This document shows, piece after piece, positions 8,668 through 17,347 of a stretch of 20,529 bases of DNA; positions within the stretch are counted from its first letter, which is position 1, and each line of letters begins with the position of its first letter. Source of the DNA: Candidatus Krumholzibacteriia bacterium (lineage in GTDB: Bacteria > Krumholzibacteriota > Krumholzibacteriia > WVZY01); assembly GCA_036478295.1 (NCBI GenBank), contig JAZGDW010000035.1, positions 1 through 20,529 on the forward strand. The letters are read 5' to 3'. A program made the position numbers and the translations under genes. The notes under the pieces are model-generated. The model searched no databases. It saw only the letters and a program-made list of their open reading frames with translations, and was not told where the DNA came from.

Positions 8668-9555
8668 TCACTTCACCCTTCCCTCCTCGAGCAGAAGGCT
8701 CAGTTGGTGATCGAGCCCCTTGTACTCGTCATCCATCTGGCGCTCAGAGACCTCCGTATGCTCCCAGGTTTTCAACGCCATCCAGTGTAACGCAAAAAAA
8801 CTCCTGCGGCTTGCCCCCTCCGTCAGCATCGGTCCGCCTCCGCGGGTGTCCCCCTCTCCCAGTGGTTCCCCGGCGGGCTTTTGTTTCGGCCGGCTCAGTT
8901 CCGCCGCCTGCCGAAGGGCCTGCAGTGCCGCGTCTCGATCCCCGCGCCGCCACTCGAGGTAGCCGATCAGATAGTGTGCCTCGACACTCTTCGAGTTCGA
9001 CTGGACGGCTGTCGTGAAATACGTCAGCGCCTGTTCTCTGCGGCCGCTGAGCAGATTCACCTCGCCCAGTTTGATAATCGGCCCCGTCTCCTCCTTATTG
9101 ATGGCCAGCGCCCGTTGAAACTCCCGTTCGGCGGCCTCGAGGTCAAAGGGCGCCCCCTGTGCCCCACACGAGTAGACCGCCCCCAGCTGGAGGTAGGCCC
9201 GCGCGCTGATCGGGTTCACCTCGATCAGCCGACGCCAGGTCGTCACCGCCTCTTCATACCTCTCCAACTCGAAAAACATGTTTCCCAGATAATAGAGTGC
9301 GTCTTCGTGTCGCGGGTCAATCGCCAGAGCTTCCTGGTAGGCGGCGGTCGCCCCTTCCCACGACCCCTGCCGCATCAGGTACGTCGCCCGGCGGTGGACG
9401 TCCCAGAAGCGGCGGATCTCTGCTTTCCGTTCCGCCGACAGCCCCGAGTCCTCTGCCGTCTCGGGAACGGCCATGTCCCGCGTAGACTTCCTGATCGAGA
9501 TCGCCGCGAATACGGACAGCAGAATCACCGCCACGATGATAACGGATCGTTTCAT
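8668..9555 (-). CDS. Tetratricopeptide repeat protein with N-terminal signal peptide/anchor
   Basis: 295 aa. N-terminus MKRSVIIVAVILLSVFAAISI, then about 5 TPR-like units (ALAIDPRHEDALYYLGNMF, LIEVNPISARAYLQLGAVY, EAHYLIGYLEW). ATGA overlap with the upstream CRTAC1 gene at 9552-9555. Confidence 0.9.
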   Translation of the reverse strand: MKRSVIIVAVILLSVFAAISIRKSTRDMAVPETAEDSGLSAERKAEIRRFWDVHRRATYLMRQGSWEGATAAYQEALAIDPRHEDALYYLGNMFFELERYEEAVTTWRRLIEVNPISARAYLQLGAVYSCGAQGAPFDLEAAEREFQRALAINKEETGPIIKLGEVNLLSGRREQALTYFTTAVQSNSKSVEAHYLIGYLEWRRGDRDAALQALRQAAELSRPKQKPAGEPLGEGDTRGGGPMLTEGASRRSFFALHWMALKTWEHTEVSERQMDDEYKGLDHQLSLLLEEGRVK

Positions 9556-11399
9556 TGCCCGCCACCCCCGCGATCCTCGATACCGCCCCCCGTATCCCGC
9601 GTCACCACGACGATCTGGTCCACCGCGAGATCGATCGATTGCTGAATCGCCCCATCGGGCCAGGTAACCTGCAGGGAATCCACTCGGTCGATGGCTCCCA
9701 GACCAAACAGTTCCTCTCCCACGGCGTTCTGCGACAGGTACGAGGATCCGGCACCGACCTCCCGGATCGCAGCCTTGCCGCCTGCGACAAGCCGAAGTTT
9801 CGCGCCGAGGCCGAACCGGTTGCCCGATCCCCCCACCAGGCGCACCTTCAGCCAGTGGTTGGTTTTCACGCCCTCGTTTCTCAACAGCATCGCCGGTCCC
9901 CCGTTGACGACCACGAACACGTCGGGATCCCCATCGTTGTCAAAGTCCCCGACGGCGACGCCCCGCCCGACGTACTTTCGTTCGAAGACCTCGCCGCTGA
10001 CCGGACCGACGTCGAAGAATCCGTCTTGTGAACCCTTGTTCCAGAACAGCTGCATCCTCATCGGGACGAGCAACCTCGGATCTTCGTACTGCTGAAACGT
10101 GCTTCCGTTCGCGATGAAAAGATCCAACCACCCGTCGTTGTCGAAGTCCAGAAAAGCCGTCCCCCAACCGACATAATCGAGCGCAATCTGACCCAATCCA
10201 AACTGGTCGGCGACATCTGTGAAATTCATCGGAGCTCCACGCTTCACTCCGACCCCGGAGAACTCCGTGCGCATGTTGTTGTAGAGCGCGTTCTCCTGGG
10301 CGATCCAATGGGTCACGAAGAGGTCCAGATCCTCGTCCGCGTCCCAGTCCCCGATGGCCAGGCCCATTGCTCCCCGATAATCGGCCACCCACGCATTGTG
10401 ACTTATGTCTTCGAACGTCCCGTCCCCCTTGTTGTGGAATAACACATTATCCGAGATATCGTTGGCCACGTAGAGATCGAGCTTCCCGTCGTCATCGAAA
10501 TCACACCAGGACGCCGACAGGCTCCGGCCCGCGATGTTCTCTACGCCGGCCGACGCGGCCACCTCTTCGAAGGTTCCATTCCCGTTGTTGCGATAGAGCA
10601 GGTTGCGCTCCGGTTTGTATGTTGACGGATTTAACGAGGCGGGTATGAGAGCGTTATATTGTCGGGATTGTGTCTTCAGGTCCGCCGGGTGGTAGCGGTA
10701 CTTTACGTAGCCGCAGATGTAGAGGTCGAGATTACCGTCCCGGTTGTAATCTCCCCACGATGCTCCCGCCCAGTAACCACTTTGCCCCGCGATGCCGGCC
10801 GCATCCGATGCGTCCTCGAACGTCCCGTCCCCCCGGTTGCGATACAATACGTTCGTCCCGTAGTTGGTGACGATGAGGTCCAGAAACCCGTCGCCGTCAT
10901 AATCGCCCCACGCCGCCGCGTTGCCGCATCCACGATAGCCGACGCCAGCCCTGGCCGTCACGTCTTCGAACGTCCCATCCCCCCGGTTGCGATAGAGGAC
11001 GTTGTGTGCATCCGAAGCCGCGACTTCATCTGGAGACATCGTTAGCGGACCGGCCGCGTTGACCACGTAAAGGTCGAGCCAGCCGTCCCGGTCGTAGTCT
11101 CCCCATGCCGCCCCGGACCCCATGTCCTCCGGCAATTGCGTCGTTCTATGTCCCTGGAAATGGCGGAAATCAATCCCTGCTTGCGCAGAGACGTCCGAAA
11201 AAGTCACTTGGGGATGGCCCTGGGGAAGCGAGCGGGCCAGCTGGTCCGTCAGCCCCTCGATCTCCTCCCCGGGGATGTAGGGTTTCGGGGACGGTTTGAA
11301 AATTACCGCCGCGGCCACGATCAAAGCGAGAGACCCACTGACCGCAACCGTGAGGGCAATGCGCCGCTTGCGTCGAGACCAGCCAGCGGTCAAGACCAA
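9552..11399 (-). CDS. CRTAC1-family protein (FG-GAP/VCBS propeller + ASPIC/UnbV domain), membrane-anchored
   Basis: Basic stretch plus hydrophobic anchor, seven D[YFW][DN]xDGxxD-type motifs, and C-terminal GSSYLSQ...FGLG...VTWPDG. The start is uncertain: TTG 11399 or TTG 11393, the latter with better spacing to GAGG. Confidence 0.9.
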   Translation of the reverse strand: MVLTAGWSRRKRRIALTVAVSGSLALIVAAAVIFKPSPKPYIPGEEIEGLTDQLARSLPQGHPQVTFSDVSAQAGIDFRHFQGHRTTQLPEDMGSGAAWGDYDRDGWLDLYVVNAAGPLTMSPDEVAASDAHNVLYRNRGDGTFEDVTARAGVGYRGCGNAAAWGDYDGDGFLDLIVTNYGTNVLYRNRGDGTFEDASDAAGIAGQSGYWAGASWGDYNRDGNLDLYICGYVKYRYHPADLKTQSRQYNALIPASLNPSTYKPERNLLYRNNGNGTFEEVAASAGVENIAGRSLSASWCDFDDDGKLDLYVANDISDNVLFHNKGDGTFEDISHNAWVADYRGAMGLAIGDWDADEDLDLFVTHWIAQENALYNNMRTEFSGVGVKRGAPMNFTDVADQFGLGQIALDYVGWGTAFLDFDNDGWLDLFIANGSTFQQYEDPRLLVPMRMQLFWNKGSQDGFFDVGPVSGEVFERKYVGRGVAVGDFDNDGDPDVFVVVNGGPAMLLRNEGVKTNHWLKVRLVGGSGNRFGLGAKLRLVAGGKAAIREVGAGSSYLSQNAVGEELFGLGAIDRVDSLQVTWPDGAIQQSIDLAVDQIVVVTRDTGGGIEDRGGGGQ

Positions 11400-11442
11400 C
11401 CTCGTCGGTCACTTGATGAAGAACGGCTCAGCGTCATTTCCG

Positions 11443-13542
11443 TTAGTCGGAGCGCACCTGAGCCTGCACGATCTTAATGCGCCCTGTGGCCTCCGATATC
11501 GTCGTCACGGGTGAGGTCAGCTCCGTTTCTTCTCCATACAGGAAAGTCAGGAGATACTGGTCGATCTTGCGGTACTGGAGCCGCGCTTCCACGTGCAGCA
11601 TCCCGCTCCCCGTCGGCGGGGCAGAGAATTGAAACGACTCTCCCTTGGGCAGTTCCGTTTCACTCGATCGCAAGGCGACCGGACAGTCGAACGCGTATTC
11701 GGCAACGTCGGAAAAGCCCGGAAACAGAGTCCGCTTGTAACGCACACCGACCATCTCCCAAAGGTTGTGGCGATCGATCAGATTTCCGTATTGGTCCACC
11801 GCTTCCGCCTTGAAGATGAACGACCCTGGTTCGATGAAGTGATTATCATCCCGGGTTCCCGAATTGTACACAACATTTCCCTCGTTGTCCTTCACCACGA
11901 CCTCCAACCAGGCCTGGATGATATCCAACGGCCCTGTTGGAAAGTCGTGTCCAACCTTGTTGTTTGTGATAACGACCTGGATCTCAACCTGCTCCCCCGC
12001 CGCGACCTGTTCCGGCACCTGCAGTTCTATCGGCACCGCCGGCCCCTGCGACCATTTGTCGGCGATTTCCGGTATCTCGATCTCGCCCCTCAGCCACTGC
12101 TTGACGAGGTCCGTGTGCAACTCTGCATCCGGGAGCTCGTGGAGCAACGGCATAAACTGGTTTGCTCCGAGAAAGCGGTGGCTCCGGTGCTTCTTGTCCT
12201 TCGAAGAACGATTGTAGTCCAGCGCATCCCCGCTTGCCGGCTCTTTGGAGTCCGCCACCAGCGGCATGTGGCACTCACGACACTCGATGGTTTTTGACGG
12301 GTCGCCCTCGGTGTTCCAGCGGCTCTTGCGCCAGTTATCGAACTGGTTCTGCAGCTGCACCCAACCGACCTTGTTGATTTCCTCATCGATGAACTGTTTG
12401 TGGCACGCCGCACAAAACTCCGGGCTCTTGAAGAGTCGGTGACTCAAGCTCTCGACGTGCTGCTTCGGATACGACCGGATGAGAAAATCCCGGAGGTACC
12501 TCGCCGTCTCACCTTCCTTCAGTTCGTAAGCGTAGCGCTCCGGTTGAACAATCGTATACGCCGCGTTTCCTTTGACATCCGTTTCCTTGATGGCATGACA
12601 GACAAGGCAGGAGATGCCCTCTTGATGGCCGGCAAGGCTGGTGAGGTCATCTACAAAGATATTCTTTGTCCCGGAAAAGAGCGATATTGGATCGTGACAC
12701 CCTCCGCAATAGCGGGTGGATTCCGGCCCATTTTGTTCTGCCATCACGGACTGCACTTTCTGAAAGGCCGCGTCCATCGCGGAGTAGCGGTGGGCGCTCG
12801 GCTCCCACTCTTTCAGGATCTCTTCGTGGCAGCCCGACGTCCCGCACGAGCGGGAACCGGACAGAGAGCGGTCGTCGAGCGCCCCGCCCGTCGACGTTTG
12901 AGCGAGGCTGGGCATGAAGGGACGGTCCTCCCCGTGAGTGAAGTTGTAGTCTTGCGGAAAGTCATTGCGAAACTCCACCGGCTCATAGGCGTACATCCAC
13001 AGCGCCGTTACCGCAAAGAGGGCAACCGCCACACCCAGGCTTCCCCACCCGAACACGCGCACGGCGGCCACAACCTGCGCGACTCTCTCGTTGTCCTTGA
13101 GCCTCCAGTTTCTGAGCAACAACGTGAACACGTGCGGCAACGCAAACGCGATCAACGCGAACGTGCTGACGATATGCGTCGTATCCCACACGTAACTGAT
13201 CCGTGTCGCAAACAACGCCTGGAATGTCAGCACGATTCCAGATACCCCGCATACCAGTGTCGCCACCAGCGACAGATACCCCGTCATCTTGACGTGCGTC
13301 ATCGTCTGCCGGCGATAGACGAGCCAGTGGCGTATTTGATACCATGTATAGGGAAAGATGAAAATAAGTCCTGCCGCCGTGTGGACAAGAACCATGAACT
13401 GTATCGACAGGCTGAATGGCAGCAGATAGATAGCCAATCCCGTCAATGTCTCGAAGATCAGCAGTCCCATTACCAGAATCGCTGATATCGCCCGCCACTC
13501 ACGCGGTCGATCGATCTTCAGTCCGTTCCTCTTGTTGTTCAC
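11443..13542 (-). CDS. Membrane-anchored pentaheme c-type cytochrome with N-terminal multi-TM domain
   Basis: 699 aa. GTG start with a strong AAGGAGGAG RBS, about 5 TM segments, then CGTSGCH, CGGCH, CLVCH, CAACH and CRECH, plus WEPSAH, RSHRFLGAN and VGHDFPTG motifs. Confidence 0.92.
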   Translation of the reverse strand: MNNKRNGLKIDRPREWRAISAILVMGLLIFETLTGLAIYLLPFSLSIQFMVLVHTAAGLIFIFPYTWYQIRHWLVYRRQTMTHVKMTGYLSLVATLVCGVSGIVLTFQALFATRISYVWDTTHIVSTFALIAFALPHVFTLLLRNWRLKDNERVAQVVAAVRVFGWGSLGVAVALFAVTALWMYAYEPVEFRNDFPQDYNFTHGEDRPFMPSLAQTSTGGALDDRSLSGSRSCGTSGCHEEILKEWEPSAHRYSAMDAAFQKVQSVMAEQNGPESTRYCGGCHDPISLFSGTKNIFVDDLTSLAGHQEGISCLVCHAIKETDVKGNAAYTIVQPERYAYELKEGETARYLRDFLIRSYPKQHVESLSHRLFKSPEFCAACHKQFIDEEINKVGWVQLQNQFDNWRKSRWNTEGDPSKTIECRECHMPLVADSKEPASGDALDYNRSSKDKKHRSHRFLGANQFMPLLHELPDAELHTDLVKQWLRGEIEIPEIADKWSQGPAVPIELQVPEQVAAGEQVEIQVVITNNKVGHDFPTGPLDIIQAWLEVVVKDNEGNVVYNSGTRDDNHFIEPGSFIFKAEAVDQYGNLIDRHNLWEMVGVRYKRTLFPGFSDVAEYAFDCPVALRSSETELPKGESFQFSAPPTGSGMLHVEARLQYRKIDQYLLTFLYGEETELTSPVTTISEATGRIKIVQAQVRSD

Positions 13543-13756
13543 GGTTCTCCTCCTTGCTCACTTTTTCGGACGTATCACGTATCATCCAACTGGCAAACAG
13601 TCCAACAGCTTCGGATTCTTGGGCCTGATAGCGAATGGTGGCCACTAAGTTGAGACGGCTGGCCAGTCCATGCCGTAGCAAAAACACAAACGTGTCGAAG
13701 ACAACTATCGTCCGGGGGCACGCCTTCAGGCGAATAGTCAGACGTTATGAGCATGT

Positions 13757-13785
13757 ATTATATCATTTTCAGTAGATTGAATCAA
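13757..13785 (-). promoter_or_regulatory. Sigma70-type promoter of the leftward operon
   Basis: The - strand reads TTGATT (13785-13780), a 17-nt spacer, then TATAAT (13762-13757) with a TGn extension. Confidence 0.7.
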
Positions 13786-13806
13786 TTTTGTCACACGGTA
13801 AGAGAG

Positions 13807-13820
13807 TTGACTTTTATCAA
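13807..13820. promoter_or_regulatory. FNR/CRP-family-like binding site
   Basis: TTGAC-TTTT-ATCAA is a 9/10 match to the FNR consensus TTGAT-N4-ATCAA. It is centred about 63 bp upstream of the inferred leftward start site. Confidence 0.5.
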
Positions 13821-14046
13821 TAACTCGTAGATCAGGTTATGACGCAATTTCGCTTTTCTCAACGTAGCCCGATAAACACGGAGGTCTTCCCGGCGCCTGG
13901 GTGACAAGTTTCCGTCGTGTCACTTTCTCCGTCAGACCACTTGTCTCCATGCTTCACGAAACAGCACACAAGTGACATTCTTGCACTTTCGTGGACACTT
14001 GTTAAGTAAATAATTAACGAGTACATCATCAAAACGGCATTCCACC

Positions 14047-14076
14047 TTGACGTAGGCGTGATTCAGCCGTCATACT
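14047..14076 (+). promoter_or_regulatory. Sigma70-type promoter of the rightward operon
   Basis: TTGACG (14047-14052), an 18-nt spacer, then CATACT (14071-14076), about 100 nt upstream of ATG 14178. Confidence 0.5.
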
Positions 14077-14177
14077 GATACCAAACCTGTCGCTCAAAGT
14101 CGCATATCTTGCGTACCCTGTGTCGGAGGTACAGCCCATCGAGGCGGTCCACACGTCGCAGACATGGGAGCGCGTCG

Positions 14178-15593
14178 ATGAAAAATCCGAAGAAATCTGC
14201 AAAACACCGGAGCACGAAGCGCCCGGTTGGGGCCAAGGGTGGCGGCCGGGGGGGGCGGCGCGTGCGGCTCCTCATCGCCGGCGTAATTGCGTGTGCTGCG
14301 GTGGTGGTTGGTCTCGTTCTCATGCTGCTTCCGAATGCGGCCGAGGATGCCCAACCGCAGGGCGGCGCCGAGGTGACGTCGGCCGGGCAGCCGGCGACGG
14401 ACCTGGCAATGAAGAACGAGACGTTCGAGGTGGCCCGCCAACTGATCGCGGATTTCCCGGAAAGCGCCTTTCCAATCGGGTTAATGGGAACCGTGCATAA
14501 TCAATTCGGCAACTCCAGTAAGGCGGAAAAGTGGTGGCTGAGGTGCCTCGAGCGGGACCCCAAGCGTGCCGATGTCTACGAGGTGCTGGCCGTCGCCTAC
14601 CTCAGAAAGGGTCAGTATGAGAAAGTCGCCGATTTGTTGCGCAAGGCGCAGGCGATCGTTCCGAATCTGCCAGGTTTGCATCGCCGTTATGCAGAAGCCC
14701 TGATGGAAATGGGAAAGCTGGACGAGGCACTGGCGGCGATGGAGAAAGAAGTGAAGGTCGCCCCTGACTTCAGCGATAACCACCTCGTCTTCGGCAAGAT
14801 ATACCTTCAGCGGAAAGAGTACGAGAAGGCGGTGGCAGCTTACACCAAAGCGCTCGAGATGCGACCCGGTGACGCGAAGTGTTACTACGGTCTGGCCACC
14901 GCCAGTCAAAGGCTGGGTCAAAGCGACAAGGCCAGGGAGTACATGGAAACATTCAGCAGACTAAGGGACGACGACGACAGGATCTCGACGACACGAAGAA
15001 TGACGACCGACCAGATGCGCCGGGCCGCTCCGATTCTGGCAGAAACGCTTTTGGATGTAGGCCGTGTGTACAATGGGCATCGACAAGTCCTGAAAGCGGA
15101 GGAGTGCTGGAAGCGGGCGGCAGTACTCGACACGACGAACACCGCTTGCCGGCTTTTGCTCGTAGAACTGTACAGACGCGCCAGACGCCGGCAGGAGGCG
15201 GTGGAGGTGGCTGAACAGCTCAGGAAAATCGATCCGAAGAACGCCTCGTATCACCAGGTTGCCGGCGTTGCGCTCGCCGAAATGAAGCGATTTGATGCCG
15301 CCGAGGTGGCTATACGAAAAGCAATCGAGCTTGCACCGGAGCACCCAGCGGGCTACCGGTCCCTGGTGGAGGTTCTCCTGCTCAGCAACCGCAAGCTCCC
15401 CGAGGCGAAGGTGCTTGCCCAGAAGGCCGTCGAATTGGCGCCGACGGCCTGGCACTATTCCTTGCTCGGCAAAGCGTGTTCCCGCAACCAGGACCACTCG
15501 GGCGCCCTTGCGGCGATGAAACGGGCCGCCGAGCTGGCGCCGGACAACGAGGACATCCGCAAAGCATACGAGAAGCTAAAGGAAACGAAATGA
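14178..15593 (+). CDS. Membrane-anchored tetratricopeptide repeat protein
   Basis: Start placed at ATG 14178 (GGGAG 7 nt upstream), giving 471 aa. Lys/Arg-rich N-terminus, one TM (LLIAGVIACAAVVVGLVLMLL), then roughly ten TPR-like units (e.g. AYTKALEMRPGDAKCYYGLA, KAIELAPEHPAGYRSL). Confidence 0.9.
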   Translation: MKNPKKSAKHRSTKRPVGAKGGGRGGRRVRLLIAGVIACAAVVVGLVLMLLPNAAEDAQPQGGAEVTSAGQPATDLAMKNETFEVARQLIADFPESAFPIGLMGTVHNQFGNSSKAEKWWLRCLERDPKRADVYEVLAVAYLRKGQYEKVADLLRKAQAIVPNLPGLHRRYAEALMEMGKLDEALAAMEKEVKVAPDFSDNHLVFGKIYLQRKEYEKAVAAYTKALEMRPGDAKCYYGLATASQRLGQSDKAREYMETFSRLRDDDDRISTTRRMTTDQMRRAAPILAETLLDVGRVYNGHRQVLKAEECWKRAAVLDTTNTACRLLLVELYRRARRRQEAVEVAEQLRKIDPKNASYHQVAGVALAEMKRFDAAEVAIRKAIELAPEHPAGYRSLVEVLLLSNRKLPEAKVLAQKAVELAPTAWHYSLLGKACSRNQDHSGALAAMKRAAELAPDNEDIRKAYEKLKETK

Positions 15594-17272
15594 GGACTGC
15601 CCGCGGTCGTGACATCAGGTCTTTGGTGAGCTGGTTCGCGGCCGCGGTGATGGCGTGCGCCTGCGCGGTTGCCCCAGCACGTGCGGACAGTCCGATTCAG
15701 CTTCGGGACGTGACCCGTTCGACGGGAATCACCTTCAAGCACACGGATGGCAGTGGCGGCAAGCGGTACATTCTCGAGGTGATGAGCGGCGGGGTGGCGC
15801 TGTTCGACTACGACCGAGACGGGGACGTCGACATCTACTTCCTCAACGGCGCCCCGCTCAAGGGAACGAAGACCGATGTGACGCCGACGAACGCACTCTA
15901 CCGCAATGATGGCGACTTCAAATTCACCGACGTGACGAACCAGGCCGGTGTGGGGGACACGGGGTTCGGACTCGGGGTCGCCGCCGGCGACTACGACAAC
16001 GACGGAGACCTGGATCTCTACGTCAACAACTACGGCCCCAACGTCCTGTACCGGAACAACGGCGACGGTACCTTCACCGACGTGACGAAGGAGGCAGGGG
16101 TGGCCAGCGGCCACCGGCTGGGCGCTGGAGCTAACTTCATCGACATTGAAGGGGACGGCGATCTGGATCTCTTCGCCGCCAACTATGTGGCCTGGTCCTA
16201 CGACGCCCACACCGAGCGTTACCTCGGGCCGTGGATGGTCTATCCGGGACCCCGCGATTATCTCAGAAGTTCCAATGTTCTTTTTCGCAACAATGGGGAC
16301 GGCACGTTTACGGACATCAGTGAAGCATCGGGTATCGCTTCGCACGTGGGAGCAGGGATGGGCACGGTCTGCGTCGACAGCGATAACGACGGCGACACCG
16401 ATATCATCGTCGCCAACGATGATTGGGGAAACTTCGTTTTTCAAAACGACGGCACGGGAAAGTTCACGGAGGTCGGGCTGATCAGCGGAATCGCGCACGA
16501 CCTGTCCGCCTCGGCACAATCGAGCATGGGCATCGCCTGCGGCGACTACAACAACGACGGCTGGCTGGACTTGCAGATGACGTCCTACCAGACCGAGTTG
16601 GCCACGCTTTACGAGAACCTGGGCGGCGGGCTCTTCAACGACGTGACGCGCGTGACCGGGGCGGGAGCGGGAACGCTCACCAACGTGACGTGGGGAAATG
16701 GCTTTGCTGACTTCGACAACGACGGCGACCGCGACCTGTTCATTGCCTGTGGGCACCTCAATGACAATGTCGAGAAATACACCGACCTGACGACGTACTA
16801 CGCCCGGAACATCCTCCTGATGAACACCGGCGACGGAAAGTTCGTAAACGTCTCGGACGAGTGCGGCGACGGCATGGACGTGAAACTAAGCAGCCGCGGG
16901 GCGGCCTTCGACGACCTGGACAACGACGGCGATATCGACGTGGTGATCCTGAACTCGAGACGCGAGCCCACCATCCTGAGAAACGACTCGGCCACGGGTA
17001 ATCACTGGATACAAATCCAGCTCGAGGGAGTGAAGAGTAACCGCGACGGCGTCGGGGCACACGTGACGGTGGTGGCCGGGGACCTGAAGCAGATGGACGA
17101 GGTTCACAGCGGCCAGGGCTACCAGAGTCACTTCGGTATGCGGCTGCACTTCGGCCTGGGCGGGCGCGACCGGATCGATCGCATCGAGATCCGGTGGATC
17201 GGCGGTGGTGTGGACGTGCTGGAGAACGTTGAGGTGGACCGGCTGCTGACCATCACCCAGAAAAAAGGGTGA
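15590..17272 (+). CDS. CRTAC1-family protein (FG-GAP/VCBS propeller + ASPIC/UnbV domain), secreted
   Basis: Start placed at ATG 15590 (ATGA overlap with the TPR stop), giving 560 aa. Signal peptide ending ARA/DSP, seven DxDxDGxxD-type motifs, and UnbV signature SNRDGVGAHV...GQGYQSH...LHFGLG...IEIRW. Confidence 0.92.
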   Translation: MRTARGRDIRSLVSWFAAAVMACACAVAPARADSPIQLRDVTRSTGITFKHTDGSGGKRYILEVMSGGVALFDYDRDGDVDIYFLNGAPLKGTKTDVTPTNALYRNDGDFKFTDVTNQAGVGDTGFGLGVAAGDYDNDGDLDLYVNNYGPNVLYRNNGDGTFTDVTKEAGVASGHRLGAGANFIDIEGDGDLDLFAANYVAWSYDAHTERYLGPWMVYPGPRDYLRSSNVLFRNNGDGTFTDISEASGIASHVGAGMGTVCVDSDNDGDTDIIVANDDWGNFVFQNDGTGKFTEVGLISGIAHDLSASAQSSMGIACGDYNNDGWLDLQMTSYQTELATLYENLGGGLFNDVTRVTGAGAGTLTNVTWGNGFADFDNDGDRDLFIACGHLNDNVEKYTDLTTYYARNILLMNTGDGKFVNVSDECGDGMDVKLSSRGAAFDDLDNDGDIDVVILNSRREPTILRNDSATGNHWIQIQLEGVKSNRDGVGAHVTVVAGDLKQMDEVHSGQGYQSHFGMRLHFGLGGRDRIDRIEIRWIGGGVDVLENVEVDRLLTITQKKG

Positions 17273-17347
17273 TACCGGCCCGGGTAGCTGGCGAGGCAAT
17301 AGTCCGGACGCGACTTCGTCTACATTCCAAACCCCAACACTTCGGTT

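Noticed and set aside
8625..8670. TGA followed immediately by a hairpin with a G-starting loop, resembling a bacterial SECIS
   Set aside because: Read-through gives a short, unrecognisable extension out of frame with the DUF692 gene. The TGA is at the natural end of a TPR protein with no redox-motif context.
10820..10995. RGD tripeptides (NRGDGTF twice) in the CRTAC1 protein as integrin-binding motifs
   Set aside because: They are variants of the structural N-x-G-D-G-T-F turn of the propeller repeat (NNGDGTF, NKGDGTF elsewhere).
11443..13542. Assignment of the cytochromes as NrfA, HAO or octaheme reductases
   Set aside because: There is no CXXCK motif as in canonical NrfA, and there are only five heme sites rather than eight, so a specific enzyme name is not supportable.
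13590..13676. GGCAAAC...CTAA...GCCAGT...TGCC on the + strand, loosely like a c-di-GMP-I riboswitch
   Set aside because: It lacks the GNRA-capped stem and the GCAAAG junction, and it lies upstream of the inferred + strand promoter, antisense to the leftward leader.
13499..13687. 62-aa - strand ORF and other short ORFs in the divergent intergenic region
   Set aside because: They have no SD or recognisable features, and the 62-aa ORF overlaps the strong RBS and start of the cytochrome gene.
9552..17272. Enediyne biosynthetic cluster suggested by UnbV domains
   Set aside because: There is no enediyne PKS, thioesterase, UnbL or UnbU gene in the window, and ASPIC/UnbV domains are widespread outside such clusters.
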